A DNA stretch of 50,704 bases, taken from positions 1 to 50,704 of IMG/VR virus record IMGVR_UViG_3300022173_000136, one strand, 5' to 3'. The notes under the pieces are model-generated. The model was not told the origin of the DNA, searched no databases, and was given only the letters and a program-made list of their open reading frames with translations. The DNA is from a virus (lineage: Duplodnaviria; Caudoviricetes). The position numbers and the translations under genes are program-made. Below are positions 26,401-35,800 of the stretch, piece after piece (position 1 is the stretch's first letter; each line of letters begins with the position of its first letter).

Positions 26401-27060
26401 CACACGATGTCATCGCGCCGGACGCTGACCATTCCGGTTCGCGACCGGGCGCCGTTCGTCTTCGCGTTCGAGGACCCGACGCTTGTCGCTCCGTCGGACT
26501 CGACGACAGTCTTGCCACAAGGCCAGCTCTTCAAGGTGCGGATCTATCCGCCACCGGGCGGAGTACTTCGGCTCCACGGCCGCGCGATGTTCCGCGCGCG
26601 CATCCTCGGAGTCTACTCCGATGGCACCGCCGGCGAAGTGTGGGAGACGCAGCCGCTCGACTTGCTCAACGGCATGGCGCTCTATCGCGAAGTCTCGATC
26701 ATCACCGAGACGGGCGGCCCGATGACTCTCGAAATGAGCACGGACAAACCGAACGGGACCATGCGCGTTGCGGCTCGCGTGGACGTGGACACGTCCACCG
26801 GCCGGCGGGAAATCAGTCAACGGCTCCCAGGCAACACCAAGGGCCGCATGACGCAGTTCCGCCTCGTGGGTCCGTATGTCGGTCGCGTCCTGAGCTGCAA
26901 GGTTCTGGCGCGCCGGACGGAGATCAACGACAGCCCGTGGGACTGGGTACAAGTTCCGCTGGAGCTGACGCCGAACTCGTGGACTGAGGTCAATGTCCCG
27001 ATGCGGCAGACCCCGGAAAACTTCTCGTGGGTAGAGCTTCCCGTCGACGCGATAGAATAA
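23416..27060 (+). CDS. Tail nozzle/stabilisation protein (P22 gp10/T7 gp12-like)
   Basis: About 1214 aa; FGGMQ..NF..L.SRKG N-terminus, beta-propeller-like strands, W.SRYF..K.Y motif; GGGAG RBS. Confidence 0.7.
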   Translation: MARAETQRMIFGGMQLAAPSDKLPEGDSLIIQNFSTDKNNQLVSRKGSVKVCGPIGSGRFHTLFRTNNDEYAGIGTGLYHGPQLGSTVATGFDGEKLGMTAYNNAVWVMNRGKRARVVGTEEHKWGVEAPSNAPSATGGGQLTQTLDEFTGGSTVLMGVVQKKDADTGEEPEPVYAMQGGSPVDNDYAEASYDGDDGTLKVKVLSAQSLSCYTESGGSLIAGSERDDDVIRVKIFCSNPRALESATIFAKSGSGYVEFSITDPAKFLNQAMDSWTDVRIRRRLNLDDYTTRIQQATVDGNQQTISDIQSQLAVAIQTPTFVYTGAGWPQTGIGAVPPANYPPSQAMLDMSWAGISKFGVSFKCKEAVVVGIGKVDAVGTVGENSSGAITYWYSYVNIYGEDSNPSPASNPVIAGNQTITVGGLAASSDPDVVSKYIWRSGGGLTQAYRVAVVGNAVSSWEDLTTNARAQADNIIMPIDRDLPPPARGVAGPIYGKLIAYSSDAHPARYWWTPAGRPWCFFGADDEEVGDWEDAGNHDDPILFITDHRPVTVIYKQRSIWRLVGDPATSSPSKTNAQASAFGESSVCNGGGVDFYAGPEGVFRFDMDNETKLSRDIDPIFKGEYVQLYDGTVLPPLSYDHQKKTCVERIGDRLRVSYVEHGYSSPNVVLIYDLANGRWYREEYTNLQGKAFSAMLNEGFGGGRGFIAGVDGGYLYQIELYGHYLDDGQAARAVWQSRYFHQGLPHNNKVYLDLEVDLQTRFGSSPNSPVEVYILYDDGTRVSLGTISSASATKPRFKHTFRLMSADGSEVGRTAKNYSVRIESDLLGIIIIYGVAMHWYPEEREARSYDTGPTNLGTEQVKQVDHVELFMTASGQTLKRNIHSDLPGNLLTVRESTTFAAPNGRGTERRRLDDIVEGRNLRFTLSDAPSGSRFQVHQARVRMRTIGEYLDGSKGEYFESAEFSVAPGRVAELKDFLLDYDTASSGGYIELFTDLPSHTMSSRRTLTIPVRDRAPFVFAFEDPTLVAPSDSTTVLPQGQLFKVRIYPPPGGVLRLHGRAMFRARILGVYSDGTAGEVWETQPLDLLNGMALYREVSIITETGGPMTLEMSTDKPNGTMRVAARVDVDTSTGRREISQRLPGNTKGRMTQFRLVGPYVGRVLSCKVLARRTEINDSPWDWVQVPLELTPNSWTEVNVPMRQTPENFSWVELPVDAIE

Positions 27061-27064
27061 GCGC

Positions 27065-27724
27065 ATGCCGGCAACGCCGACCAGCCGAATTACAATTCAG
27101 GAGCTTCCGCCGGACACCAAGCCCGACCAGCTCTTGCCGTTGCTCAACAATCGGCTTCGCGAGCTGGAGCAGTCCCTCAAGGCCGTTGTCGTTCAGGAGT
27201 CGCTTGTCAACGTCGACGCCGGCGGCAAGCGAGTCGTCAACGTCGGGGACCCGCGGGACGATCTTGATGTAGTGAACCTCCGCACGCTGAAGCGCGGAGC
27301 CGGCAGCCGCAGAAGCGAGGAGCAGCAGACGACGACGGCGGCGGCCGCGGCTCCAGAGCAGCACTACGCGATTGTATTCACCAAGGACGGCTTCGTCTCC
27401 GACGAGGAAGAGTCTCCTTGGTTGACCATCGACGAGCATCGCGAGGGCTACCCGGTATCGGCGCTCATCACTTCCAAGGTCGAGCCGGCCGGCGTCTCGC
27501 TGAAGGTTCAGTTCAAGGTGCGCCGGAAGGATGCTATCGAAGACGAGGACCTGCTCGAACTCCCGCTTGAGATCGAGGCCGGCTCGAACGGACCCGTCTA
27601 CTCTGACCTCGGCTTGCTCATCACCGACAAGCTCCAGAAGGGGACGCGAATCTTCATGCTCATCGTGCAGGGCGGCGACGCGGAGAAGGTCGTCGGGCAA
27701 ATCGTCATGAGGCGGGCGCTGTAG
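27065..27724 (+). CDS. Tail-associated protein
   Basis: Leaderless TAGAAT, 6 nt, ATG; RVVNVGDPRDDLDVVNL resembles an adhesin/fibre neck motif. Confidence 0.65.
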   Translation: MPATPTSRITIQELPPDTKPDQLLPLLNNRLRELEQSLKAVVVQESLVNVDAGGKRVVNVGDPRDDLDVVNLRTLKRGAGSRRSEEQQTTTAAAAAPEQHYAIVFTKDGFVSDEEESPWLTIDEHREGYPVSALITSKVEPAGVSLKVQFKVRRKDAIEDEDLLELPLEIEAGSNGPVYSDLGLLITDKLQKGTRIFMLIVQGGDAEKVVGQIVMRRAL

Positions 27725-28749
27725 TGGCCTGCCTGAATAGCGTCGACCTCATCGCGACCCCAGGCCGCCGGCACACCAGGGTATTTCAAGCGACCACCGG
27801 CGCGGCTCTTCGCATCGCCTTAGCGGACTGCCTTTCAACTATCGGCTGGACGGTAGAGCGCGCCGACAACATGGGGGAGGTCGGCTACAAGGCCACGTCC
27901 GCGGCTTCGCCGTGGTGCGCGAGCGGCGACGCGGACCCCGACTACGTGGGCAAGTGTCGCGTGTGGTTCCGAAGGGACTTCGGCGGCTCGGGGATGTTCG
28001 CGCAGTTGACGGGCTTCTACTGTATGAACGCCGCCGAAACGATCGTGCAGAGCGCGAGCAACATCCATCTCCAGCCGAACGCCAGCAACTCGGTAGGCAA
28101 CTACGCGCCGTACAGCTACATGTTCGTCGGCACGCCTTACGACTTCAAGCTCTTCATGCTCGGCGTGCAGCATCGCGTCACGGCCGGAACCTCGAACGAG
28201 CGAACGGCCGTCTTCTGTGGCGTGCCGCAGATTCCCGGCTTCCTCCAGGCCCGCGGTGCTTGGTGTCAGTACGGCATCAACGAACTCTTCTATTGCGTCG
28301 ACTCCAGCGCCATGAGGACGGGCGGGACCTTCTGCGACAACCGCTACTTCTATGGGGCAATCTCGTCGTCGGCCGGCGGGACAAAGGCCAATCCGAACTC
28401 TGCCGGCGGCAACCGCTTCGGCTGGTTCATGACCTACGGCGTCGACGGCGGCGACGGTTCGTTCCAGAGCCTTGAGTCTGGAAACTGGGTATACGACGCG
28501 GCGCTCTCGCTGGCGAACTCTGTTCCCGAAATCTGGCCGTCCATCATCGTGTGGGCGAGCGACCCGGCCGTGACGACGGTCAAGCGCATGAAGGGTTTTA
28601 TGTGGGACACGGTCATCGTGAACAAGGCATTCCCCGGCGACTGCCTGCTACGATTCGATGACAAGGTGTTCGTGAACTTTAACAACAACTCCGTCGGCAG
28701 CCAGTTCCCTTTCCGCCCGCCGGCGGCAATTCTCATTCGAGTGGCCTAA
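27724..28749 (+). CDS. Putative tail-tip/receptor-binding protein
   Basis: GTG start overlapping the upstream stop; aromatic-rich; lies in the tail module. Confidence 0.6.
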   Translation: MACLNSVDLIATPGRRHTRVFQATTGAALRIALADCLSTIGWTVERADNMGEVGYKATSAASPWCASGDADPDYVGKCRVWFRRDFGGSGMFAQLTGFYCMNAAETIVQSASNIHLQPNASNSVGNYAPYSYMFVGTPYDFKLFMLGVQHRVTAGTSNERTAVFCGVPQIPGFLQARGAWCQYGINELFYCVDSSAMRTGGTFCDNRYFYGAISSSAGGTKANPNSAGGNRFGWFMTYGVDGGDGSFQSLESGNWVYDAALSLANSVPEIWPSIIVWASDPAVTTVKRMKGFMWDTVIVNKAFPGDCLLRFDDKVFVNFNNNSVGSQFPFRPPAAILIRVA

Positions 28750-28750
28750 C

Positions 28751-30088
28751 ATGGCGAACCTCTTCTACAAGCGCAGCATGAGCTACTTCCCGGAGTCCCC
28801 GCCGTGGCCTCACTGGGAATCAGACAACGACAACGTGCTCTATGAGCTGGCGAACAACCTTTACAATTGCGGTTGGGCCGTGCAGTATCGCTACCACTAC
28901 GGCAAGATCCGAACCGCAACGAACATGAGCCACTTCGACCCGATCAGCGGCGGCTACGTGTTCTGGCAGGTCACGCCGGGAGTCGACTCGGGATATGCCG
29001 GCCTCATCCCGCTCATCGTGGACGATCCCGGTTCCTTCACTCCTCCGCCGACACACTTCATTTTCGAGATCACCGGGACGACGGACAAGGCTGTAGTTCA
29101 CGACGCCATCATCCGTTGCATTAAAACCTTCAGTAACAAGATCAAGGAAGCCGGCAGCGACCCGGACGACGCGGAGCCGAACACGTACTTGCAGTGGAAG
29201 GAATACGACAGTGAAGGCGCTTTCCCCGCGGGCGTTCTCCACCGCGACAGGGACATCTTCGGTTCGTGCGCCGTCGGCTTGCACACGAGCGTCGAGAGGC
29301 TGGCGAATGGAGGGTACGCTTGCACGACCGCGGCGAACGGATCGTCAGACAACACGACGAGCGTCTTCTTGTACCGCAACACCACCGGCGGCATTGAGCC
29401 GAACCATCCGTCGCTATTCTTCGCGAAGTCGATCCCGCAGCAGCCCGTCTTTATCAACACGACCGAGGGCGTCAACCGCACCACGCAGTTGACAATCCAG
29501 ATGACGCGCGCCGACCTCATGATTGCGATGGGTCCGCACTACTTCTATCTGGCGCAGACATCGAACGGCCTGAATGCTCACGCGGAGATGGCGGCGCTCA
29601 CGCTTCCCGTGGCCGGGTCCGGCCTCACCGAAGCGACCTTCTCCGTCGGCGGATCGAGCGCGCTCACCGCGTCGGCCAGCTTCAGGAACAGCCCGCTTAC
29701 TGCGACGACCTCCGGTTGCAGCCACCTATCACGCAACGGCATTTCAAGGTACGGCAACGTCGGACTAGCGAACCGGCCGCGCTTTATGACTCTCTTCGGC
29801 GTGCTCCCCGGCGGCCACCAGTGGGAGAATCAGCTCGGCCAGATCAGCGAGCCGTGGGTAGGGTTTCAGCACGAGATAAGCGGCATCGCTCCCGTTCTCG
29901 GCAAGCTCCCCGAGGCTATCGTCGTTCACAAGTCGCTCGCCGACACCGGCGCGTTCTTGTGGGACAACGTCAGCTACAAGCCGTGGGGCTACAACGTCGA
30001 GGTTACGGGCTCTCTCAGCGTTCACGGACTCGGGACCCTGTGCCTGAAGACCGAGGACGTGGCCGGCGAGCCGGACTGTGTACCATAG
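28751..30088 (+). CDS. Putative tail-tip/receptor-binding protein
   Basis: 445 aa, tightly packed, aromatic-rich. Confidence 0.6.
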   Translation: MANLFYKRSMSYFPESPPWPHWESDNDNVLYELANNLYNCGWAVQYRYHYGKIRTATNMSHFDPISGGYVFWQVTPGVDSGYAGLIPLIVDDPGSFTPPPTHFIFEITGTTDKAVVHDAIIRCIKTFSNKIKEAGSDPDDAEPNTYLQWKEYDSEGAFPAGVLHRDRDIFGSCAVGLHTSVERLANGGYACTTAANGSSDNTTSVFLYRNTTGGIEPNHPSLFFAKSIPQQPVFINTTEGVNRTTQLTIQMTRADLMIAMGPHYFYLAQTSNGLNAHAEMAALTLPVAGSGLTEATFSVGGSSALTASASFRNSPLTATTSGCSHLSRNGISRYGNVGLANRPRFMTLFGVLPGGHQWENQLGQISEPWVGFQHEISGIAPVLGKLPEAIVVHKSLADTGAFLWDNVSYKPWGYNVEVTGSLSVHGLGTLCLKTEDVAGEPDCVP

Positions 30089-30092
30089 CGAT

Positions 30093-30377
30093 ATGGCGCT
30101 CATCGGACAAGGCGTTTGGGATGTCGACGTGAAGCTCTTCGACGCCGGCGCGCTCGACTGGCCCGGTTCATGGAACGGCGAGGACGAGGACGACTGGACG
30201 CAGAATGCCTACAAGCTCTACTCGGGGCAAGCCTACCAGCTTCCCGCCGACGTTACGTGGGTCAACAAGCCGACAGGATCGTCGGCAGTCAACGGAGTGA
30301 TTATGGGCTTCCCGCGGTCAGCAGAGGCGAACCCGGACCAAGCCGGAACGATAAAGTGGTACATCACTGAATCATGA
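30093..30377 (+). CDS. Hypothetical protein
   Basis: TACCAT, 6 nt, ATG 30093; ATGA coupling to the GNAT gene. Confidence 0.6.
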   Translation: MALIGQGVWDVDVKLFDAGALDWPGSWNGEDEDDWTQNAYKLYSGQAYQLPADVTWVNKPTGSSAVNGVIMGFPRSAEANPDQAGTIKWYITES

Positions 30378-31141
30378 GAATCGAAATAGAGACACCTTTC
30401 CCGAAGGCCGCTCTCCCGCGCATTTGGAGCTGGATAGAGATGTTCCGCTCGCGCTTCGCGGACGACTTCTTCCCGACCGATATCGACACATTTGTCGACG
30501 ACTGGATTGAACGAGAACGGCGCGGCCGCCGTTCGTGGGGCGTGCGACGAGACGGGGCTCTCGGCGGCGTCATCACGTCCGAGCGCACTCACCCTACCGT
30601 CGCGGACTTCCATTGCATCTTCTCCCCGGACTTTTGGGGAAGGGATACCGTCGTCCCGGCGCTCGGGCAGGCGTGCGATGCGATCTTCCAAGACCCGACC
30701 ATCGACAAGCTCAGTACCGTTGCTTTTGCGAAGAACATGTCGCTTGCCGGCATGATTCGCCAGTTCGGAGTGACCCGTGAGGGACTGCTCCGCGGCCACA
30801 CCCGGCAGGGTGGAAAACTTGTAGACTTACAAGTGTTAGGGTTGCAGAGGGAGAGATTCTATGTCGTTTGGGATCAGCAAGGGCGGGAGCGAGAACAGCA
30901 CGTCGAATATGAGCGAGCTGGTGAACCAGCTCTTCAATCAGTTCACGAGTTCGACGAACACGGGGACCAGCACGGGAACGACGACGAACTCGGGCGGATC
31001 GCAGGGAACGAGCGCGGGCAGCCGCGAGCGGAGCCTCACGCCGTACCAGCAGCAGGTCCAGCCGCAGCTCTTCAAGATCATGCAGGCGATGGCGACCGAT
31101 CCGAAGAGCTTTCTTGCGCCGGCGCAGAACGCAGGGCGTGA
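30374..31141 (+). CDS. GNAT (RimJ/RimL-like) N-acetyltransferase
   Basis: FWGRDT, FAKNMSLAGMIRQFGVTREGLLRGH..GGKLVDLQVLGL. Confidence 0.75.
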   Translation: MRIEIETPFPKAALPRIWSWIEMFRSRFADDFFPTDIDTFVDDWIERERRGRRSWGVRRDGALGGVITSERTHPTVADFHCIFSPDFWGRDTVVPALGQACDAIFQDPTIDKLSTVAFAKNMSLAGMIRQFGVTREGLLRGHTRQGGKLVDLQVLGLQRERFYVVWDQQGREREQHVEYERAGEPALQSVHEFDEHGDQHGNDDELGRIAGNERGQPRAEPHAVPAAGPAAALQDHAGDGDRSEELSCAGAERRA

Positions 31142-31535
31142 AGACGTAAACGCCAACTACTCGCGCGCGAGCGACATGATTCGCCAGCAGTTCATGAGCA
31201 ACGCCACCGGCAACGGCGGCGGCAAGCAAGGCAAGGCGGCCGTCATGAGCGACCTCGCTCGACGCGGCGACTTGTCCAAGGTCGACAACTCCTTCGCGCA
31301 GCAGGCAGCTCAGATGCCAGTCACCGCGGCACAGCTCATGCAGCAGTTCCTCGGCATGGACTTCGGAGAGAAGACCTCCGGCGTCACGTCCGGCACCAAC
31401 ACAGGCGTATCGACGAGCACGGGCTCGACCACCGACACCGGCACCGTGTCGACGACCGGCGGTTCTACGAGTACTCGCGAAGTCGACCAGCGCGGCAGAA
31501 CGACCCGCGGCGTGGGCTTCAACGTCGGTATCTAG
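30861..31535 (+). CDS. Ejected internal virion (pilot-like) protein, S/T/G-rich
   Basis: GGAGAG RBS; position after the GNAT, as in P22/T7-like ejection modules. Confidence 0.65.
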   Translation: MSFGISKGGSENSTSNMSELVNQLFNQFTSSTNTGTSTGTTTNSGGSQGTSAGSRERSLTPYQQQVQPQLFKIMQAMATDPKSFLAPAQNAGREDVNANYSRASDMIRQQFMSNATGNGGGKQGKAAVMSDLARRGDLSKVDNSFAQQAAQMPVTAAQLMQQFLGMDFGEKTSGVTSGTNTGVSTSTGSTTDTGTVSTTGGSTSTREVDQRGRTTRGVGFNVGI

Positions 31536-31544
31536 GGAGGGAAC

Positions 31545-32843
31545 ATGGGCGGATTCGCGCACGGTCTAGCTCAGGTCTTGAAGACCGGCTTCGACCTCAC
31601 CAACGTAGGGCAGCGGTACGACGAGCTGAAGCGGCGACGCTCGGCCGATGAAGAATTGCGTAATCAGGCAGACACCGAGTTTGCCGAACTCATCGCCACC
31701 AAGGGCCGGCCGGTTCTCCCCGGCGGACTCGTGCAGAACGACGACGGCACCGTCCGGCGCGCCGATCCGTCGCGGCTCGCGAAGCACAAGACCGCGAAGG
31801 GCGAAACAGTCATGGGAGAGCTGTACACTCCCGAGGAGCAAATCGGCAAGCAGGCCGAGCGGCTCATGAAGCAGTTCCAAGCCGAAGCGGAGATCCGCGG
31901 CGCGCAGAACACCGAAGCCGTCAACTTCGAGGGCCAGAAGGCGACCGCACGCAAGAACGCGGAGACGGCCGCCGACGCCCAGGCGCGCGAGCAGAACGGC
32001 ATCCCGATTCCCGCGGAACTCGACAAGGTGTTCCCCGGTATCAGCTTGGGCGGCCGTGCGCGGCCGGCAGCCGCAGCGCCGATGTCCGAAACCAGCTCGC
32101 CGGGCACCTTCGCCGGCCGCGAGCAACGCAAAGTACTTCCGACCGAACTCGACGACTTGATTCGCAGCGCCGGCAGCTTCTCGAACTACCAGTCGCAAAT
32201 CGAGCAGCGCGGCCAGCCGAAGGCCCGGACGATCAAGTCTACCGACAAGATCGAGGACAAGAGCACTGGCAAGGTGACTCAGGTCATCACATACGACGAC
32301 GGCACCATCGAAGAGAAGCCTCTCAGCGCGACCGTCGCCAAGGAGAAACCGGGCGGAGCTGGCGGCATCACCGCCTATCAGCAATTGCAGCTACAGGAGC
32401 GCGCCGAGAACAAGAAGGCCGCGACGCTGAACTCGTGGCAATCGAAGCTCGACAAGATCCAGCAGGACCAGGACGCCATCGTTAAGGAAACCGAAGCGGC
32501 ATCGTCCGAGTACGAGGACCTGCAAACACAGCTCGCGTCGGGAGCGTTCGACGAGTCCGTCGCTCAGAAGGCGAACGCAATCAAGAAGTCGGGACAGCTC
32601 AAGGCGAAGATCGTCTCGAACCACGCGGCACATGCGGCGCTCGAAGAGAAGAAGAAGGGCGTCGACGTGATCCGCACTGGATTGATGCGCGGAACACAGC
32701 AGGCGGCGACCGACGCCACAGCAGGAGCAGACGCGGCCGCGGCCAGCGCGACCGACGCGAATCCCATCGCACAAGACGCCAAGGGTAACATGGTGCAATG
32801 GGATGGAACAAAGTGGGCTCCAATCAAAAAGGCGGGCAGGTAG
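31545..32843 (+). CDS. Internal virion/ejection protein
   Basis: GGGAGG RBS; MGGFAHGL start, coiled coil, C-terminal VQWDGTKW motif. Confidence 0.65.
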   Translation: MGGFAHGLAQVLKTGFDLTNVGQRYDELKRRRSADEELRNQADTEFAELIATKGRPVLPGGLVQNDDGTVRRADPSRLAKHKTAKGETVMGELYTPEEQIGKQAERLMKQFQAEAEIRGAQNTEAVNFEGQKATARKNAETAADAQAREQNGIPIPAELDKVFPGISLGGRARPAAAAPMSETSSPGTFAGREQRKVLPTELDDLIRSAGSFSNYQSQIEQRGQPKARTIKSTDKIEDKSTGKVTQVITYDDGTIEEKPLSATVAKEKPGGAGGITAYQQLQLQERAENKKAATLNSWQSKLDKIQQDQDAIVKETEAASSEYEDLQTQLASGAFDESVAQKANAIKKSGQLKAKIVSNHAAHAALEEKKKGVDVIRTGLMRGTQQAATDATAGADAAAASATDANPIAQDAKGNMVQWDGTKWAPIKKAGR

Positions 32844-35800
32844 CAATCCCGCCTCCGCCTCCGGGCTTTAGCATCGTCAAGCAGGCCGCGGCGGTTCCTC
32901 CACCGCCCAAGGGCTTCGAGGTCGTTCCGCCGGCAGCAGTTCAGCCGCCGGACCCGCTGAAGCGCAACATCACCCGCGCCGAGGATCTTCCCGGACAAGA
33001 CGAGTTCGACGCTTCGCATGAAGCCGCGGGCGCCGCAATGGAGCAGATGCTCACGCACCCGCCGACGCCTAACCCGCAGATGCGCGCGCCGGCAGCCAAG
33101 CAGGGCATGGGCGGACGGCCGCCCGCATCTCCGGGCGTGGCGCGCACGTTCTCCGACTTCGCCGCCGGGGTCAAGGAGTTCGCCAACACTCCGGGCTTGC
33201 CTGTGACTCAGCTCGTGCCGGACCTGAAGCCGACATCGAAGGTCGGCAAGGCCGCGCTCGGCGTGACCAGGGGAGCCGCGGAACTTGTCGAGGGACTCTC
33301 GACGCCGCTGAATGTCGGCATGCTCGTCGCCGGCGGACCCGCGGCGAAGATTCTCACCAAGGTATCGCCGCTGTTGCCGCGCGCCGTCTCTGCCATCTTC
33401 TCGCTCGACATGCTCAATGGACTGTCGCAGGAAATCCCCGAAGTGGCGGACGCCGTCAAGTCTGGCGACCCGGAGCGCATCGCGAAGAGCGTAACGAAGG
33501 CCAGCGGTACGGCAGCGTTCGCGACCCTCGCCGGCAAGCATGCCATTCGCGGAGAAGGGCGGCCGTCGAGCGCGCAGCTCCGCGACCGAGTACTCGAAGG
33601 GGATCGCGCGCCGAAGCCGACCACTCCGCCTACTAGCGCGCAGCTCCGGGACCGAGTACTCGAAGGCGAACCGCTCAAGCCGGAAGCCACCGTCGCCGAG
33701 AAGCCGGGACGGACCTCGCGGACGGACCTCGCAGCGATGGCCCGCGGCGGAGTGAAGAAGCGCCTCACTGCCGACGACTTGCGGAAGATGAAAGAGTCCC
33801 TGCCGGAAGGCTTCTCCATCGTGGAGCCGAAGGCGGACGCCGGCGCTATCGTCGAGAAGCAGACGAAGCCAGGGAAGACGGCCGCGGATTCCGCGCAGGT
33901 CTTTGACAAGGCCGGACCCACCTACACGGAGCTGTTCGACGAGGCGGTCAAGGGGGCGCCAGGGGAGCAGCGCAAGGCGGCGCTCGCGGCTATGGCCCGG
34001 AAGCCGGCAGCGGACAAAGCCGCGGCGAACAAGAAGACCGCCGACATGCTCCGCGGCATGAAGACCGGGAAGCCGGAAAGTTCCGCGGAACTCGCGGAAC
34101 TTCCCGCGGAACTTTCTCCAGAAGCGGCCGTTCCGCCGGAAGTGATTGAAAAGGCGGCTCCTAAAGTTGTTTCCGAAACCCCAGGGGAAATTGCCGCGGA
34201 AAGTGGAAAGATTGGAAACAAAGAGGTTCCGCCGGCCAGCGGGAAAATTCCCGCTGGAACGCCCCAGGAAGCGCCGAAGCCGGCGGAGGTTCCAACCCCC
34301 CAGGCGGCGCCGGAGAGCGTCACGCCGCCCGCGGAACCTGCCAAATCTGCCGTTCCAGAGCGTCTCCCCAAGACGCCGCCGGTCGCCGGCAAGACGGTCG
34401 AGGTCAAGGTCCCAGGCGAGGAGACGCCCTACCCGGCCCGGTACGTGGTCCGGGAGATGGAAGACGTTCAGGCGTCGCACAACGGCTTGAACTTCGAGCC
34501 GAACCCGAACTACGAAATCAAGAACGACCGGGACTACCAGAGCAACGAGCACTTGCAGGCGGCCGTCGTCGAGCGTTCCGGCGACAAGTTCGACCCGTCC
34601 TTCACCGTCGGCGACTACCCGACGGCGGAGCATGGCCCTTCGATCATCGACCAGCGCGGCAACGTGCTCGGCGGGAACTCGCGCGTCCAGACCATGCAGC
34701 GCGTCGACGAGTACAACCCTGCCGGCCGCGAGAAGTACAACGCGGCGCTCAAGGAGAAGGCCGCGTCGCTCGGCATCGACCCGGAAGCCGTCGGCAAGAT
34801 GAAGCGGCCCGTCCTGCTCCGCGAGCTGACCGGCGAGCATGACTCGCAACGCGCCGTGACCGACTTCAACAAGGGAGCGCCGGCGAAGCTCAAGCCACAC
34901 GAGCAGGCAGTCGCCGACGGCCGCCGGCTGTCGCCGAAGACCGTCCAAGACATCGCGGCTCGGCTCGGGGACCTTGGCGACTCCGGCACGATGGCGGAAG
35001 CTCTTCGCGGCGACAACGGCGCGGAGGTTCTCAACCTGCTTGAGAAGGACGGCGTCATCACCGCACAGGAGAAGGGCGGACTCGTCGACCAGCGCGACCA
35101 GCTCACGCCGGAGATGAAGTCTCGCATCAGCAAGGCCCTCGTCGGCCGGTTGTTCTCGACGCCGGCGGAGTACTCGAACACGCCGCCCGCGGTTCACGCG
35201 AAGCTGGAGCGCGTCGCGCCTCAGGTTCTCCGCGTCGAAGGGCGCTCCGGCTGGAACATCACCGAGCACGTTCGCGACGCCGTGAGCTTGCTCGAAGAGG
35301 CGCGCGCTCACAAGTCGAAGGTCGCCGACACCGCGGCGCAAATCGACATGAGCGGCGAGCGCAAGGTCTACAGCCCGGAAGCGGTTCGTATCGCCGAGGT
35401 CATGGAAGAGAGCCCGCGGAACGTCGAGTACGCCTTCCGGCGCTACGCGAACGACGAAGCCTTGTCTCGCCCAGGCGCTCAGGGGTCCATGTTTGAGCCG
35501 CCGCCGCAGCACGTCGCATTCGCCGACGCCTTCGGGGATCTTCCCCCGCGGGCGGAGACGCCCATCGAACAGCCGATGCGCGGACTCGAAGACAAGGTCG
35601 CGCGGCCGTCGAAGAAGAACAGCAAGAAGGCCGGAACCAAGGGCTTCATCGAGAAGCTCGTATCGGACGAGTCCGGCGAGGCTCGCATCCCGACGCGCGC
35701 CGACATTGAGAAGATCAAGCGCGCCTACGAGGACTCCGACACGAAGGTCATCGTCGACGCCGGCAAGAGCGTTCTCCGATCGCTCGGCGCTCGCGTGCGT

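Noticed and set aside
27724-30377. Diversity-generating retroelement target
   Set aside because: No reverse transcriptase and no adenine-variant template/variable repeat pair were seen.
32840-32843. Non-canonical GTA start for the large ejection protein overlapping the upstream TAG
   Set aside because: ATG 32798 sits 6 nt after GG-TAACAT, matching the genome-wide leaderless pattern.
34400-34900. Phage-encoded partition ParB for the parS site
   Set aside because: It is a ddrB-like ParB-superfamily domain inside a virion protein, with no evident HTH and no ParA partner.
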